Shown here piece after piece: positions 50,477 through 60,188 of a DNA stretch of 64,000 nt. The DNA comes from a bacterium (GTDB lineage: Bacteria; Pseudomonadota; Alphaproteobacteria; Rhizobiales; JAKIUO01), in the NCBI GenBank assembly GCA_024228495.1, contig JAAETJ010000241.1:4627-68626 (forward strand), in the 5' to 3' direction. Positions within the stretch are counted from its first letter, which is position 1. Each line of letters begins with the position of its first letter. A program made the translations under genes and the position numbers. Under the pieces are notes generated by a model. The model made no database searches, was not told the DNA's origin, and worked only from the letters and a program-made list of their open reading frames with translations.

Positions 50477-50997
50477 TTGACTTCTCCTGCAATAAATCTG
50501 CGCAATGTCGTGTCCGTTGTATCGCCCGTTTTGCCAATCGAGGAAAGGCCCGCCAACTTGTCATGGGAATTGCCAGCAGCCTTGGTCGCTTTGTTCAATG
50601 AGTCTTCAGGACGCGAGGCATGACAATCAAAGCAGTCAATACGTACGGCTGCATAATCGTGGCAGGAGCGACAAAAATGGCGCTCATCCTTAACCGTCAC
50701 ACATTTATTGCTCTTATCTTTGACGGCATGGCAGGCAATACATTTCTTAAGACTATATTTTTTTGTTCTGATACCGTCACGCATGGTTTGATCACGTTTG
50801 TGATCAAGCAAGGTCATATGCGTTTTGCGCATTTCCTTGGGATCAAGATCACATTGTCCACCAATCGCCTTAGGTGGATTTGGCATCCATTCAGGCTGTG
50901 CACTTGCCTGCCCGACTGACGCCAGTAAGCTCACACCAATGAATGCTACGCCAAGCAGTGTTATGATCAGCTTTTGCATGATGAGTACAATTTTCAT
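50473..50997 (-). CDS. dsrJ: DsrJ, periplasmic trihaem cytochrome c
   Basis: Three CXXCH motifs (CIACH, CRSCH, CFDCH) and a signal/anchor LIITLLGVAFIGVSLLASVGQASA. ATG 50997 lies downstream of GGAGG. The ORF-track start is 51039. Confidence 0.85.
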   Translation of the reverse strand: MKIVLIMQKLIITLLGVAFIGVSLLASVGQASAQPEWMPNPPKAIGGQCDLDPKEMRKTHMTLLDHKRDQTMRDGIRTKKYSLKKCIACHAVKDKSNKCVTVKDERHFCRSCHDYAAVRIDCFDCHASRPEDSLNKATKAAGNSHDKLAGLSSIGKTGDTTDTTLRRFIAGEVK

Positions 50998-51111
50998 CGT
51001 CTTTGCCAGTCCTCCTTCGGCCAGTCCGTTAAGGACCAAGCTTCTCTTAGCATCAAAACCTGATCGAGGTGACCACTTGCGGCTACCTCGATCATTTGTA
51101 TCGGGGCTGAC

Positions 51112-53073
51112 TTATTCGCCAAGACCCATTTCAATATAACCACTTGGGCAAACATCGGCGCAGATGTGACAACCGATACATTTGGTATAGTCGGTGTCTA
51201 CATAGCGGCCCAAAGCGGATTTGTCTTTTTTGACTTTAAAGACCGCATCCTGCGGGCAATAGATAACGCAGTTGTCGCATTCAAAGCACATCCCGCAACT
51301 CATACAGCGATCGCCTTCCTTGCTGGCCTGTTCACCAGAAAGAGATTTGATCCGCTCCTCAAAGTTGCCCATGACGTGATCGGCATCAACCAGTACATGA
51401 TCACGCTTGTTGCGATCTTCGAACTGGAAATGACCCAGGAACAAATCATCATGCGCAATGATTCTAGTGGATGAGCGATCTTCATAATTGTGAACCGCCC
51501 AGTCGCTATCTGATGTACCCATTGTCTGGGTATTGTCATGCTCGGTTGGATCCAATTCACGGTTATGCAATTCGTTCAACAGGTTAAAGTGATGCACGTC
51601 CACTTTGGGGCGTTTTTTCGCATTGACCTTGCCATTGTCGAGGAAATCATTGATGGCCTCAACGGCAATGTTGGCATGACCAATGGCCGTTGTCAGAAGA
51701 TGAGGGCGCACAATATCACCAATGGCGAAATGTTTTTCCTTGTCCTTGACGCGATAGAACGTATCAACATTCATAAAGCCGCGACCATTGTCGAGGCCTT
51801 CTTCCAGACCTTCCAGATCACCAAACTGACCAATAGCCGAGACGACCATATCGCATTCGATATCATATTCTTCCGCACCCTCAACGGCAGAGGGAATACC
51901 TGTATTATCAACGGTACAATCGACTACACGCAGCGCGATAGCCAAACCTTTGTCATTTTTTACAACCTTGACCGGCATAACACCGCCCTTGATATCGATG
52001 CCTTCGCGTTTGGCATCTTCACGCTCATGTTCAGCAGCCGTCATCTGTTCGATGGGGAACAAGGACGTCAAAACCGTCGTCACTCCTACGCGATGCAAAT
52101 TGCCAGCGACGTCATGAGCGGTATAGCCAAGAACTTCGGCACCAGCCACATCCTTGTTGGCAACCTTGGTGATATGACCAAGACGACGAGCAACGGAGGC
52201 CACGTCAACCGAGGTATCACCGCCGCCTACGACAACCACTTTCTTGGCCGTACCAACTACCCAGCCTTCATTAAAGGCATCAAGGAAATCAACACCGGCG
52301 AGACAGTTCTCAGTACCTTCCCAACCCTCGGTTGGCAGGCCACGGCCCTTTTGAGCACCAATCGCCCAGACAACCGCGTCATATTCATTGATCTCTTCCA
52401 TGCTGACATCCTTGCCAACAGTTGTATTGAGACGAACCTCAACACCAAGATCAATAATACGATTGATTTCACTATCAAGCATTTCACGCGGGGTGCGATA
52501 GTTTGGAATACCGTAACGCATCATGCCACCAAGTTTGCTATGACTATCAAAGATTGTCACAGCATGACCTTTTTGGCGCAGATTATATGCGGCCGTCAAG
52601 CCACCGGGACCAGCCCCGACAATCGCGACTTTCTTGCCTGTATCAGCTCCAGTTGGAAGCAGTTTGAGATTGTTCTCATTGGCATAATCACCGACATATT
52701 GCTCAACCGAGTTGATGCCAACGGTGTCATCAAGCTCATTACGATTACAACCATCTTCACAAGGCGCAGGGCAAACGCGGCCCATGGTGGCTGGGAACGG
52801 ATTGGCTTTTGCCATGCGGTTAAACGCATATTCTTCCCAAGCCTGGCCTTCAACCGGTGACTTGTCCATGCCGCGTGCTATCGCCAGCCAGCCACGAATA
52901 TCATGACCTGACGGGCAACTACCCTGACACGGAGGCGTCTTGTGAATGTAAGTCGGGCACTTGTGGGACATATCTGCTTTAAAGATTTTATCCTGCAATT
53001 CCCATTCCGTATCACCCTCTTCAAACCGGTGATAGGTGTGACCTTCTGCTTCTATATCTGCCACGTCGCTCAT
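51112..53073 (-). CDS. dsrL: DsrL, NAD(P)H:acceptor oxidoreductase (GltD-like with a C-terminal ferredoxin domain)
   Basis: 653 aa. VAIVGAGPGGLTAA and VVVVGGGDTSVD nucleotide-binding motifs, an N-terminal Fe-S cysteine cluster, and a C-terminal 2x[4Fe-4S] domain (CMSCGMCFECDNCVIYCP...CIGCHICADVCP). Confidence 0.9.
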   Translation of the reverse strand: MSDVADIEAEGHTYHRFEEGDTEWELQDKIFKADMSHKCPTYIHKTPPCQGSCPSGHDIRGWLAIARGMDKSPVEGQAWEEYAFNRMAKANPFPATMGRVCPAPCEDGCNRNELDDTVGINSVEQYVGDYANENNLKLLPTGADTGKKVAIVGAGPGGLTAAYNLRQKGHAVTIFDSHSKLGGMMRYGIPNYRTPREMLDSEINRIIDLGVEVRLNTTVGKDVSMEEINEYDAVVWAIGAQKGRGLPTEGWEGTENCLAGVDFLDAFNEGWVVGTAKKVVVVGGGDTSVDVASVARRLGHITKVANKDVAGAEVLGYTAHDVAGNLHRVGVTTVLTSLFPIEQMTAAEHEREDAKREGIDIKGGVMPVKVVKNDKGLAIALRVVDCTVDNTGIPSAVEGAEEYDIECDMVVSAIGQFGDLEGLEEGLDNGRGFMNVDTFYRVKDKEKHFAIGDIVRPHLLTTAIGHANIAVEAINDFLDNGKVNAKKRPKVDVHHFNLLNELHNRELDPTEHDNTQTMGTSDSDWAVHNYEDRSSTRIIAHDDLFLGHFQFEDRNKRDHVLVDADHVMGNFEERIKSLSGEQASKEGDRCMSCGMCFECDNCVIYCPQDAVFKVKKDKSALGRYVDTDYTKCIGCHICADVCPSGYIEMGLGE

Positions 53074-53125
53074 GTTCTTTCTCCCTTGAGACCGCGCTTC
53101 TTACCGGCCAACTGCTTAATTCTGC

Positions 53126-54763
53126 TTATCCGATCCGGTCGTTCTGGTGCGGATCATCCATTTTTTTATCTGCTTCACTTGAAGGGGATGGCTCATCCTC
53201 GCTTTTTGCTGGGGATTCTGGAGCCGGCGTTTCTTCTTCTTTTGGCGCATCGCTCATGATAATAGCATTGCTCACCAACTGATGCACACTCTGGATAGCT
53301 TCCATATCGAAATCATATTTCGGCAATACCTTGGTAAACTGGCTTTTACAGATCGCACAGATCGCCGCCAGATTGGTGACACCATGTTCTTCGGTGACCT
53401 TGCGCAAAGCCCGCATGCGAGGCTGAGCCCCCTTGACACGAACATCCATCAAATCATCGGTCAGAATTCCGCCACCGCCACCGCAGCAGACCGTTCCTTC
53501 CTTGATCGTATCTTCATCCATATCGTGATAATTGTTGCACACTGCCTTGATAACAGCGCGCGGAATTTCAAACTGACCACCGGGCTTGTCACCCATGCGC
53601 GTCGCGCGGGCAATATTGCAGCTATCGTGGAAGGTCAGCGTCATATGATCATTTTGCGTCTTGTCGAATTCCAACTTGCCATCATTGATGGCGTCAAAGG
53701 TGAATTCGCAAACATGCTGTGGTACAGGATATTTTGGATCCAGAAAATCCCAGGGACCAGCCAGCGTATTCAAGAAAGCATAAGCAACGCGCCAGGCATG
53801 GCCACATTCACCAAAAATGATGCGCTTGACACCGAGCTCCAACGCCGCTTCGCGAATACGCAGCGATACTTTGCGCATATTATCATACGAACCGATAAAC
53901 ATGCCAAAATTACCGGCTTCAGAAGCCGTTGTGCTCAAAGTCCAATCAACGCCCAGCTCATGAAAAACCTTGGCATAACCGAACAAGCCATCAATGTGCG
54001 GCTCTGCAAAAAAGTCGGCGGAGGGCGTTACCAACAAAACATCGGCACCCTTCTTGTCCACCGGTAACTTGATTGGAATACCGGTGTCTTCTTCCAGCTC
54101 TTCTTCGAAATCTTCCATCGTCGCCTTGATGGCTTTGGCTGGCATACCCAGATTATTACCAATGGAATGAACCTTGCCGATAATCTCATTGCAATATTTC
54201 TGGCCCTTGCCAACGCTATCCATAATCTCGCGAGCGGCCATGGAAATTTCAGCGGTATCAATACCGTAAGGGCAATAGACAGAACAGCGACGACATTGTG
54301 AACACTGGTGATAATAATTATACCATTCACTCAGCACATCTTCCGTGAGATCACGGGCACCAACCAGCCAAGGAGCAATTTTTCCAGGGATCGTATAATA
54401 ACGGCGATAAACGCTGCGCAGTAAATCCTGACGGGCCACCGGCATGTTTTTGGGGTCACCCGTACCAAGATAATAATGGCATTTGTCGGTACAAGCGCCG
54501 CATTTGACACAGCTGTCCAGATAGACGCGAAAGGAACGATATTTCTGGCGCAGATCACCGATTTTGGCAATTGCCACGTCCTGCCAGTCATCAACCAGCT
54601 CACCGGGAAAGCCCAGGTCATTTTGATGTTTGGGAGCCGCTTCAAAACTGTGCAGGTCTTTCATCGCATCAGGCACCATTACTGGCATCTCAAGTGGATC
54701 AGGCAAGGCTGTATCAGCGTCGCTATTCAATTCATCCAGCTCTGATTTATCGAGTTCTGACAC
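53126..54763 (-). CDS. dsrK: DsrK, HdrD-like CCG-domain iron-sulfur catalytic subunit
   Basis: CVKCGACTDKC and CSQCRRCSVYCP clusters plus the CCG motif (VCCGGGGG). GTG start with AGGGAGGG upstream. It has an acidic Pro/Glu-rich C-terminal tail. Confidence 0.9.
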   Translation of the reverse strand: MSELDKSELDELNSDADTALPDPLEMPVMVPDAMKDLHSFEAAPKHQNDLGFPGELVDDWQDVAIAKIGDLRQKYRSFRVYLDSCVKCGACTDKCHYYLGTGDPKNMPVARQDLLRSVYRRYYTIPGKIAPWLVGARDLTEDVLSEWYNYYHQCSQCRRCSVYCPYGIDTAEISMAAREIMDSVGKGQKYCNEIIGKVHSIGNNLGMPAKAIKATMEDFEEELEEDTGIPIKLPVDKKGADVLLVTPSADFFAEPHIDGLFGYAKVFHELGVDWTLSTTASEAGNFGMFIGSYDNMRKVSLRIREAALELGVKRIIFGECGHAWRVAYAFLNTLAGPWDFLDPKYPVPQHVCEFTFDAINDGKLEFDKTQNDHMTLTFHDSCNIARATRMGDKPGGQFEIPRAVIKAVCNNYHDMDEDTIKEGTVCCGGGGGILTDDLMDVRVKGAQPRMRALRKVTEEHGVTNLAAICAICKSQFTKVLPKYDFDMEAIQSVHQLVSNAIIMSDAPKEEETPAPESPAKSEDEPSPSSEADKKMDDPHQNDRIG

Positions 54764-54784
54764 AACGGCCCTCCCTAAAAGTCG

Positions 54785-55549
54785 TTATTTCTTATCGGAT
54801 CCGCTCTCAAGTGCCTTGGCCCAGGGAGCCAGACGCCGCTTTTCGCGTGGATTATCGACCTGATTGCGGGTCGGACTGAAAAAGATCCCGGGTGCATGCA
54901 GCAGCTTGCTGTAGGGGAAAATGATCATCAATATGAGAACCAGTGTCAGATGAACCATCAAGGGCAGGCTGTCAGGCAGCGGCTGCCAGTCAAACATGTT
55001 CAAATAGGCAAGGCTCAAAAAGAAGTTTTTGACTGAAACGATATCGGTGCGATCAACATATTGCATCATGAACCCGCTGACACCGATCATGATCAGCAAC
55101 AACAGCATCAAATGATCAGAGGGCGATGAAATATAGCGCACACGATTGACAACGATCCGCCTTATGGCCAATCCCGCCAGACCAAAGACCATAGCAAAGC
55201 CAGCATATTTACCGATCGGTTGAATATAGGCGATACCCAGCCAAATGAAGTCAGGCACATGGCGCGGATCGACGAAATAGCGAATATGACGGATCAGCAC
55301 CAGCAAGAGGCCAGCATGAAACAGATAGCCAAATATCCAGATCCATTTATTGGACTTGAACAGGCTTTCAAACAGAGCTACTTCACAGAACATTCGCAAC
55401 CAGACCCCAGAAACCGTAGTCGGCGCAGGCGTGGTCGCGATATTAAGGGGGGCCGGTACTTTTGCATACTCAAAGATTCTATAAGCAATCCCGACAACCA
55501 GCAGGATTGTCGCGAAATAGAATGCAAGGGCATAAATCGTGGTGATCAC
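54785..55549 (-). CDS. dsrM: DsrM, NarI-like dihaem b membrane subunit
   Basis: 254 aa with 5-6 TM helices and conserved His residues (YLFHAGLLLVLIRHIRYF). GTG start with GGAGGA upstream. Confidence 0.85.
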   Translation of the reverse strand: MITTIYALAFYFATILLVVGIAYRIFEYAKVPAPLNIATTPAPTTVSGVWLRMFCEVALFESLFKSNKWIWIFGYLFHAGLLLVLIRHIRYFVDPRHVPDFIWLGIAYIQPIGKYAGFAMVFGLAGLAIRRIVVNRVRYISSPSDHLMLLLLIMIGVSGFMMQYVDRTDIVSVKNFFLSLAYLNMFDWQPLPDSLPLMVHLTLVLILMIIFPYSKLLHAPGIFFSPTRNQVDNPREKRRLAPWAKALESGSDKK

Positions 55550-55961
55550 GAGTTTGTTCCTCCGTTACCGACTTCTATCGTTTTCAGCTTGAAATGACTT
55601 GTCATTAACAGTGTCACATGGCTTTTCTAACGACATTTGTTCTAATTTCTCAAACACATAATTCAATTTAATCAAGCGAGCGGTCCTGGACGCAGCTCAA
55701 TCGATGATACGAGCTTTCCCAAATCGTCCCGGTCACTTGATTTAATCGCAAATCACGCTCACCGGCCCCTGGAAAAAACAACAACGTATCCCCCCTACCC
55801 TGTTATACGGCAGAACATTTGATCCTGAATACAAAGAGAGGTTTGAAACGCCTGTCGTCCCCAATCAAAAATACCTGAAGCTTTCATTTAAAAAACAACG
55901 GGCAATTTCAAAGCGCCCCACCGATCGGAGCGTTCCAACCAGCGAGACACAATTTCATTGA

Positions 55962-56294
55962 CTAGATACAGCCAGTTGGTTTTGGCAGACCGCCAACTTT
56001 ACAAGCCTGTTTGGCAGGACCATAGGGAAACAACTCATAGAGATATTTGTTGCTACCTTTTTCAGGGCCAAACTTCTTCTTAAGCGCTTTAACAAGCACG
56101 CGAATAGCAGGAGCAATTTGATACTCTTCATAATATTCGCGCAAAAAGTTAATCACCTCCCAATGCTCATCAGTCATCTCGATGCCTTCATCCTTTGCAA
56201 GCAAACCTGCAAGTTCTGGAGTCCACTGATTGATGTCAGAAAGATAACCTTCTTCGTCATGTTCAATGCTTTCGCCACCAATTTCATAAGCCAT
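55962..56294 (-). CDS. dsrC: DsrC, sulfur-trafficking/sulfite reductase substrate protein
   Basis: 110 aa ending ...AKQACKVGGLPKPTGCI, with the two conserved C-terminal-arm cysteines. ATG 56294 has AGGAGA upstream. Confidence 0.95.
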   Translation of the reverse strand: MAYEIGGESIEHDEEGYLSDINQWTPELAGLLAKDEGIEMTDEHWEVINFLREYYEEYQIAPAIRVLVKALKKKFGPEKGSNKYLYELFPYGPAKQACKVGGLPKPTGCI

Positions 56295-56435
56295 TTTAAT
56301 TCTCCTGTTTTCTATCATTCCCGTCATTTTGCTTCTTAAATCAAGAAACAACCGAAAGCGGGAATTCTTTTTTACAAAAGCCTTTTCCGCTCAATTCCCA
56401 AGCCCAACCCATTGCCAGGTCAGATTTTCAAGGTA

Positions 56436-56741
56436 TTACAGCCATGCCTGTGTTGCTGTGTGCTTTTCGACCAGGTCGACAAAACCACCAAAATCAACAC
56501 TTTCAATGCCATCGATCATGGTCTGATTGGCGAGACCGCGCGCATCAACATCTGGACCAAGTACATAGAACTTGATATTGCCCATGCGCTTTTTGATAAA
56601 GTCGGCGACCGCAGTATTGTCGAGAGCGCCATAGACGCCATCTTCGATCAGCAAGATACCAGCGCCGTCCTCGCAAACCCGCAGGCAGCTTTCGAGCGTA
56701 TTACGCTCAAAAGGCGACTTGTTCACTGTATGTAGTAGCAT
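56436..56741 (-). CDS. dsrH: DsrH sulfurtransferase subunit
   Basis: MLLHTVNKSPFERNTLESCL...VDFGGFVDLVEKHTATQAWL closely follows the A. vinosum DsrH pattern as I recall it. Confidence 0.9.
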   Translation of the reverse strand: MLLHTVNKSPFERNTLESCLRVCEDGAGILLIEDGVYGALDNTAVADFIKKRMGNIKFYVLGPDVDARGLANQTMIDGIESVDFGGFVDLVEKHTATQAWL

Positions 56742-56753
56742 ATTCAGTCTCCT

Positions 56754-57146
56754 TTAGGCTGTCAGAATTACTTCTTGTTTCGACATCAGAGATTTAAGAT
56801 CATCAGAACTCAAAACTTCAACCGGCACAACCAAATCTTCGACGGTCAGACCACGTGCTTCCAGACTTTCTTTTTCGACATAGAGTTTTTCAACGTCATA
56901 GCCTTCAAGTGCCCGAAATGTTGGCGAAAAATTCTTCATGTTGACGCCTTTGGTCTCTTGCTCTTTCTTGAGCTGATAGACCCCATCATCCATAAAAACC
57001 ACATGCACATCTTGTTCAAAAGCGGCAGCGATCAAAACTTTCTCAAGCATTTCCAGAGCATAGACCGTCCCATAAGGGGCCTTGCGATTGACATACATGA
57101 AGCGTTTGACAACTTCTGGTCCGTCCTCATCCCATTCTTCTTCCAT
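56754..57146 (-). CDS. dsrF: DsrF sulfurtransferase subunit
   Basis: DsrE/F fold (FMYVNRKAPYGT...). ATG 57146 has AGGAGA 6 nt upstream. The ORF-track start is 57167. Confidence 0.9.
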   Translation of the reverse strand: MEEEWDEDGPEVVKRFMYVNRKAPYGTVYALEMLEKVLIAAAFEQDVHVVFMDDGVYQLKKEQETKGVNMKNFSPTFRALEGYDVEKLYVEKESLEARGLTVEDLVVPVEVLSSDDLKSLMSKQEVILTA

Positions 57147-57156
57147 CAAATATCTC

Positions 57157-57531
57157 CTAATCACCAAACGTTATCTGTCGGTCTGCAACGATACCGGATT
57201 CAATCAACTGCCCCAGACCCGAGATACGGAATCCAGGTGCCAGAATGTCATCCTTGATACCGCGACGTAGCGCAGCAGCAACACAGACAACGAGGTCCAC
57301 TTTGTGCTCCTCAGCAAGTGCTGACCAGAGTTTCACAAGGTCCCTGTCGTCAGCCTGTGGCTCGGACAGTTTATTGGCGTTATTCACACCATCATAATAA
57401 AAGAACACCCGATAAATCTCGTGCCCTTTTTCCAATGCAGCCTTCGTAAACAGATAGGCGCTATCAGATGCTTGGTGCTGAAACGGCCCTTCATTGACCA
57501 GAATACCAAATTTCAAAGCGTCATCCCCCAA
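57157..57531 (-). CDS. dsrE: DsrE sulfurtransferase subunit (active-site Cys)
   Basis: LKFGILVNEGPFQHQASDSAYLFTKAALEKGHEIYRVFFYYDGV...VVCVAAALRRG. Compared with A. vinosum DsrE from memory, the real start may be TTG 57516 (GGGGGA 7 nt upstream) rather than TTG 57531. Confidence 0.9.
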   Translation of the reverse strand: MGDDALKFGILVNEGPFQHQASDSAYLFTKAALEKGHEIYRVFFYYDGVNNANKLSEPQADDRDLVKLWSALAEEHKVDLVVCVAAALRRGIKDDILAPGFRISGLGQLIESGIVADRQITFGD

Positions 57532-57683
57532 CTTGATAAGTTACGTTTTTTTCAACAGGCTTTCGCCATGTTGTAATTTCGCTCATGTCAGACGTTCAAA
57601 GCAACTATGCTTATCCGCCTCGCTTCATTATGACGCAATCCATACCCAAAATGAGCAAGCTCAAAATCAAAAGGACCGCAAAG

Positions 57684-57712
57684 AGTAGAGGCATACAAAA
57701 TACGCCTCTACT
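57684..57712 (-). terminator. putative partial terminator / stabilising hairpin after dsrB
   Basis: GTAGAGGC (57685-92) pairs with GCCTCTAC (57704-11). On the minus-strand RNA it is followed by the U-rich CUUUGCGGUCCUUUUGAUUUUGA. Confidence 0.5.
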
Positions 57713-57726
57713 TACTTGTCTTCGCT

Positions 57727-57749
57727 CTAGTCGATAAGTTCTCGACTAG
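57727..57749 (-). other. perfect 8-bp hairpin spanning the dsrB stop codon
   Basis: CTAGTCGA (57727-34) pairs with TCGACTAG (57742-49), and the dsrB TAG lies within the right arm. Confidence 0.6.
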
Positions 57750-58828
57750 AAGCGGATATGCGCCGAGTGGTTCATTGAATTGCGAGCGCCGACCCAAGTA
57801 TCAATGTGATGCTTGGTAAAGGCGAACCCGGTTTTTTCAAAGAAGGCAGGCCAACCGATACGGTCAATCCACTCTCCAACACGCTCCCAATCACGCGCAT
57901 CAGCTTTGTAAATGGATAGAATTGTGCGAACAACCGCCTCAACTTCAGGCCAACGCGGTGGATTATTGGGAAGGTTAGCAACCACAAGTTTGTGAAACGT
58001 TGGTTTGGAGCGCGCATTTGAATGCTTGCCACCCACCCACACTGCAATCCGGGTTTCTTCTTTACCGTTGATCTGCATAGGCGGACAAGGCGCGAAACAC
58101 GCACCACAGCAAATGCATTTCTTTTCGTCAACTTCAAGCGATGGCTTGCCATTGACCATGGCTGGGCGAATAGCCGCAACCGGACAACGAGCCACAACAG
58201 ATGGGCGCTCACAAACCTTGCTGACGAGATCATGATTGATCCGTGGTGGTTTGGTATATTGCACATTGATGGCGATATCACCCTGGCCACCACAGTTAAT
58301 CTGACAACAAGATGTTGTCACCTTGACGCGGTTAGGCATCTCTTCAGAAATAAAGTCCTTATGGAAGATATCCATCAGACTTTTTGTGACGCCAGAAGCG
58401 TCTGTTCCTGGAATGTCGCAATGCAACCAACCCTGCGTATGGGAGACCATGGCAATCGAATTGCCGGTACCACCAACGGGATAGCCAGCTTCACCAAGTT
58501 TGGCGATCAGTGGATCAACCTTGCTTTGATCGGCGCACAAGAATTCAAGAGAGCTACGCGCGGTAAAACGCAGGAAGCCATCGCAAAACTCGTCAGCCAA
58601 ATCGCACAATTGATGGATCTGGAATGAATCCATCTGACGCGTTGTACCCGCCTTGACAGTCCAGATTTCATCGCCACTTTTTGCAACATGATGCAAAACA
58701 CCTGGGCGTGGCCGGTCGTGCCAGTCCCATTTTCCGTAATTGGCTTTCATAATCGGGTGCATATATGGCATGGGATCTGGAACACCGTGCTCATCGGGTA
58801 GCTTTGGCGGTGGTGGTCTATCATTCAT
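57746..58828 (-). CDS. dsrB: dissimilatory sulfite reductase beta subunit (oxidative type by context)
   Basis: 360 aa with sirohaem/Fe-S cysteine motifs (TSCCQINCGG, CERPSVVARCP, KKCICCGACFAPCP). Confidence 0.95.
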   Translation of the reverse strand: MNDRPPPPKLPDEHGVPDPMPYMHPIMKANYGKWDWHDRPRPGVLHHVAKSGDEIWTVKAGTTRQMDSFQIHQLCDLADEFCDGFLRFTARSSLEFLCADQSKVDPLIAKLGEAGYPVGGTGNSIAMVSHTQGWLHCDIPGTDASGVTKSLMDIFHKDFISEEMPNRVKVTTSCCQINCGGQGDIAINVQYTKPPRINHDLVSKVCERPSVVARCPVAAIRPAMVNGKPSLEVDEKKCICCGACFAPCPPMQINGKEETRIAVWVGGKHSNARSKPTFHKLVVANLPNNPPRWPEVEAVVRTILSIYKADARDWERVGEWIDRIGWPAFFEKTGFAFTKHHIDTWVGARNSMNHSAHIRF

Positions 58829-58931
58829 ATTAAATTCTCCTTGATCTTCCTCTTGTCGAGACCCGTTTCAGCCTCTGGAATTCTGATTGAAAGATCTGAT
58901 AAACAAGGATCCACCAGATCAATATTGTTTG

Positions 58932-60188
58932 CTATTCAGCAGCTTCTGCCTCACCTTTTTTGACGAAATATTTAGCGGCCTCCTCATCGAAATCGGATGT
59001 ATCAACATAGCTCGATGTACGTGGATGCGCGATCATATTGGGGTTTGGATCGATGCTCAGAGCTTCCAGGAAGTCCGGCAGACCAACGCGGTCGATAGTT
59101 TCACCAACGCGTTCATGCTCAAGGGCATTGTCAGCAAAGAAGTCAATGCATTCACCGGCAAATTCAACCAATTCGTCATAATCTTCGTCGCTATCAAGCT
59201 TGATGAAAGGCTTGATCATGGTACCCATGAGATCGCCTATTTTCAGTGAGCGCTTGCCGCCCATGAGGATTGAAGCGCCTTTGTCATCGCCAGGAGATAG
59301 AGCCTTTGGCATGACGTTGAGGCAATGCATGCAACGAACACAGCTGCGATTGTCAATCTCGACGGTATCATTGTCATTCAGCGAGATGGCGTTGCTTGGG
59401 CAACGGGTCACAACACTGTCTATGAAATATTTGCGACCCGCTTCTTTTATGTAAGCAGTGACCTCTTCCTGGTTGATCTTGATATCATCACGCCAGGTAC
59501 CTATGACGGCGAAATCGGAGCGATGGATGGCATTGACGCAGTCATTACCACAACCAGAGAATTTGAATTTGAACTTGTAGGGAAGCGCAGGACGATGCAT
59601 TTCATCAAGATATTCATTGATGATCATGCGCATGGCTTTGGCCTCATCATAGCAGGACATTTCGCAACGGGCATGGCCAACACAGCTCATGCTCGTACGA
59701 AGAGCAGGGCCAGCACCACCAAGGTCAAAACCAAGAGCGTTGAGTTTGTCAAAAGCTGGCTGGGTCTGTTCGGTTGTACAACCCTGGAACATAATGTCAC
59801 CAGATTGTCCATGAAACGCAATCAAACCTGAACCATGCTCTTCCCAGATATCACTCATGGAGCGCAAAAGATCGGTAGTGTAATGCATGCCAGCTGGCGG
59901 CATGATGCGCAGAGTATGAAATTCTTTTGCTGCTGGATAGACATCAGCTACTTCGGAGAAACGAGGAATAATACCACCGCCATAACCAAACACCGAAACC
60001 GTGCCGCCCTTCCAGAAACCAAGGCGCTCTTGATAAGAATGCTCAAGCTGTCCCAAAATGTCATTGACCATTGGCGTATAAGATTTGCCACTGTCGCGCA
60101 GACGTTTCAGCGCCGTCACAAAACTAGGCCATGGACCTTTTTCCAGCTCATCAAGCATGTCGGTTGAGTGAATTTTCATATCTGACAT
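58932..60188 (-). CDS. dsrA: dissimilatory sulfite reductase alpha subunit (oxidative type by context)
   Basis: From ATG 60188 (GGAGGG 8 nt upstream) the product starts MSDMKIHSTDMLDELEKGPWPSFVTALKRL, aligning with DsrA N-termini. Motifs include SMSCVGHARCEMSC, FSGCGNDC and a ferredoxin insert CVRCMHC. 418 aa. The full ORF extends to 60485. Confidence 0.9.
   Translation of the reverse strand: MSDMKIHSTDMLDELEKGPWPSFVTALKRLRDSGKSYTPMVNDILGQLEHSYQERLGFWKGGTVSVFGYGGGIIPRFSEVADVYPAAKEFHTLRIMPPAGMHYTTDLLRSMSDIWEEHGSGLIAFHGQSGDIMFQGCTTEQTQPAFDKLNALGFDLGGAGPALRTSMSCVGHARCEMSCYDEAKAMRMIINEYLDEMHRPALPYKFKFKFSGCGNDCVNAIHRSDFAVIGTWRDDIKINQEEVTAYIKEAGRKYFIDSVVTRCPSNAISLNDNDTVEIDNRSCVRCMHCLNVMPKALSPGDDKGASILMGGKRSLKIGDLMGTMIKPFIKLDSDEDYDELVEFAGECIDFFADNALEHERVGETIDRVGLPDFLEALSIDPNPNMIAHPRTSSYVDTSDFDEEAAKYFVKKGEAEAAE

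Noticed and set aside
51538-52860. A 440-aa plus-strand ORF lying entirely antisense to dsrL.
   Set aside because: It is the codon-aligned mirror frame of a strongly supported gene. Its product is low-complexity (Ile/Asn/Thr/Phe-rich) and has no motifs or RBS. The open frame is explained by dsrL rarely using TTA, CTA and TCA codons, so it is a shadow ORF.
53282-54067. Other long antisense ORFs inside real genes. This one is 261 aa opposite dsrK. Similar cases are 58022-58627 (dsrB), 49628-50293 (dsrO), 47698-48276 (dsrN), 7098-7697 (cysS) and 42100-42765 (ggt).
   Set aside because: The same mirror-frame artefact applies. In every case the opposite strand has clear family motifs, and these ORFs have none.
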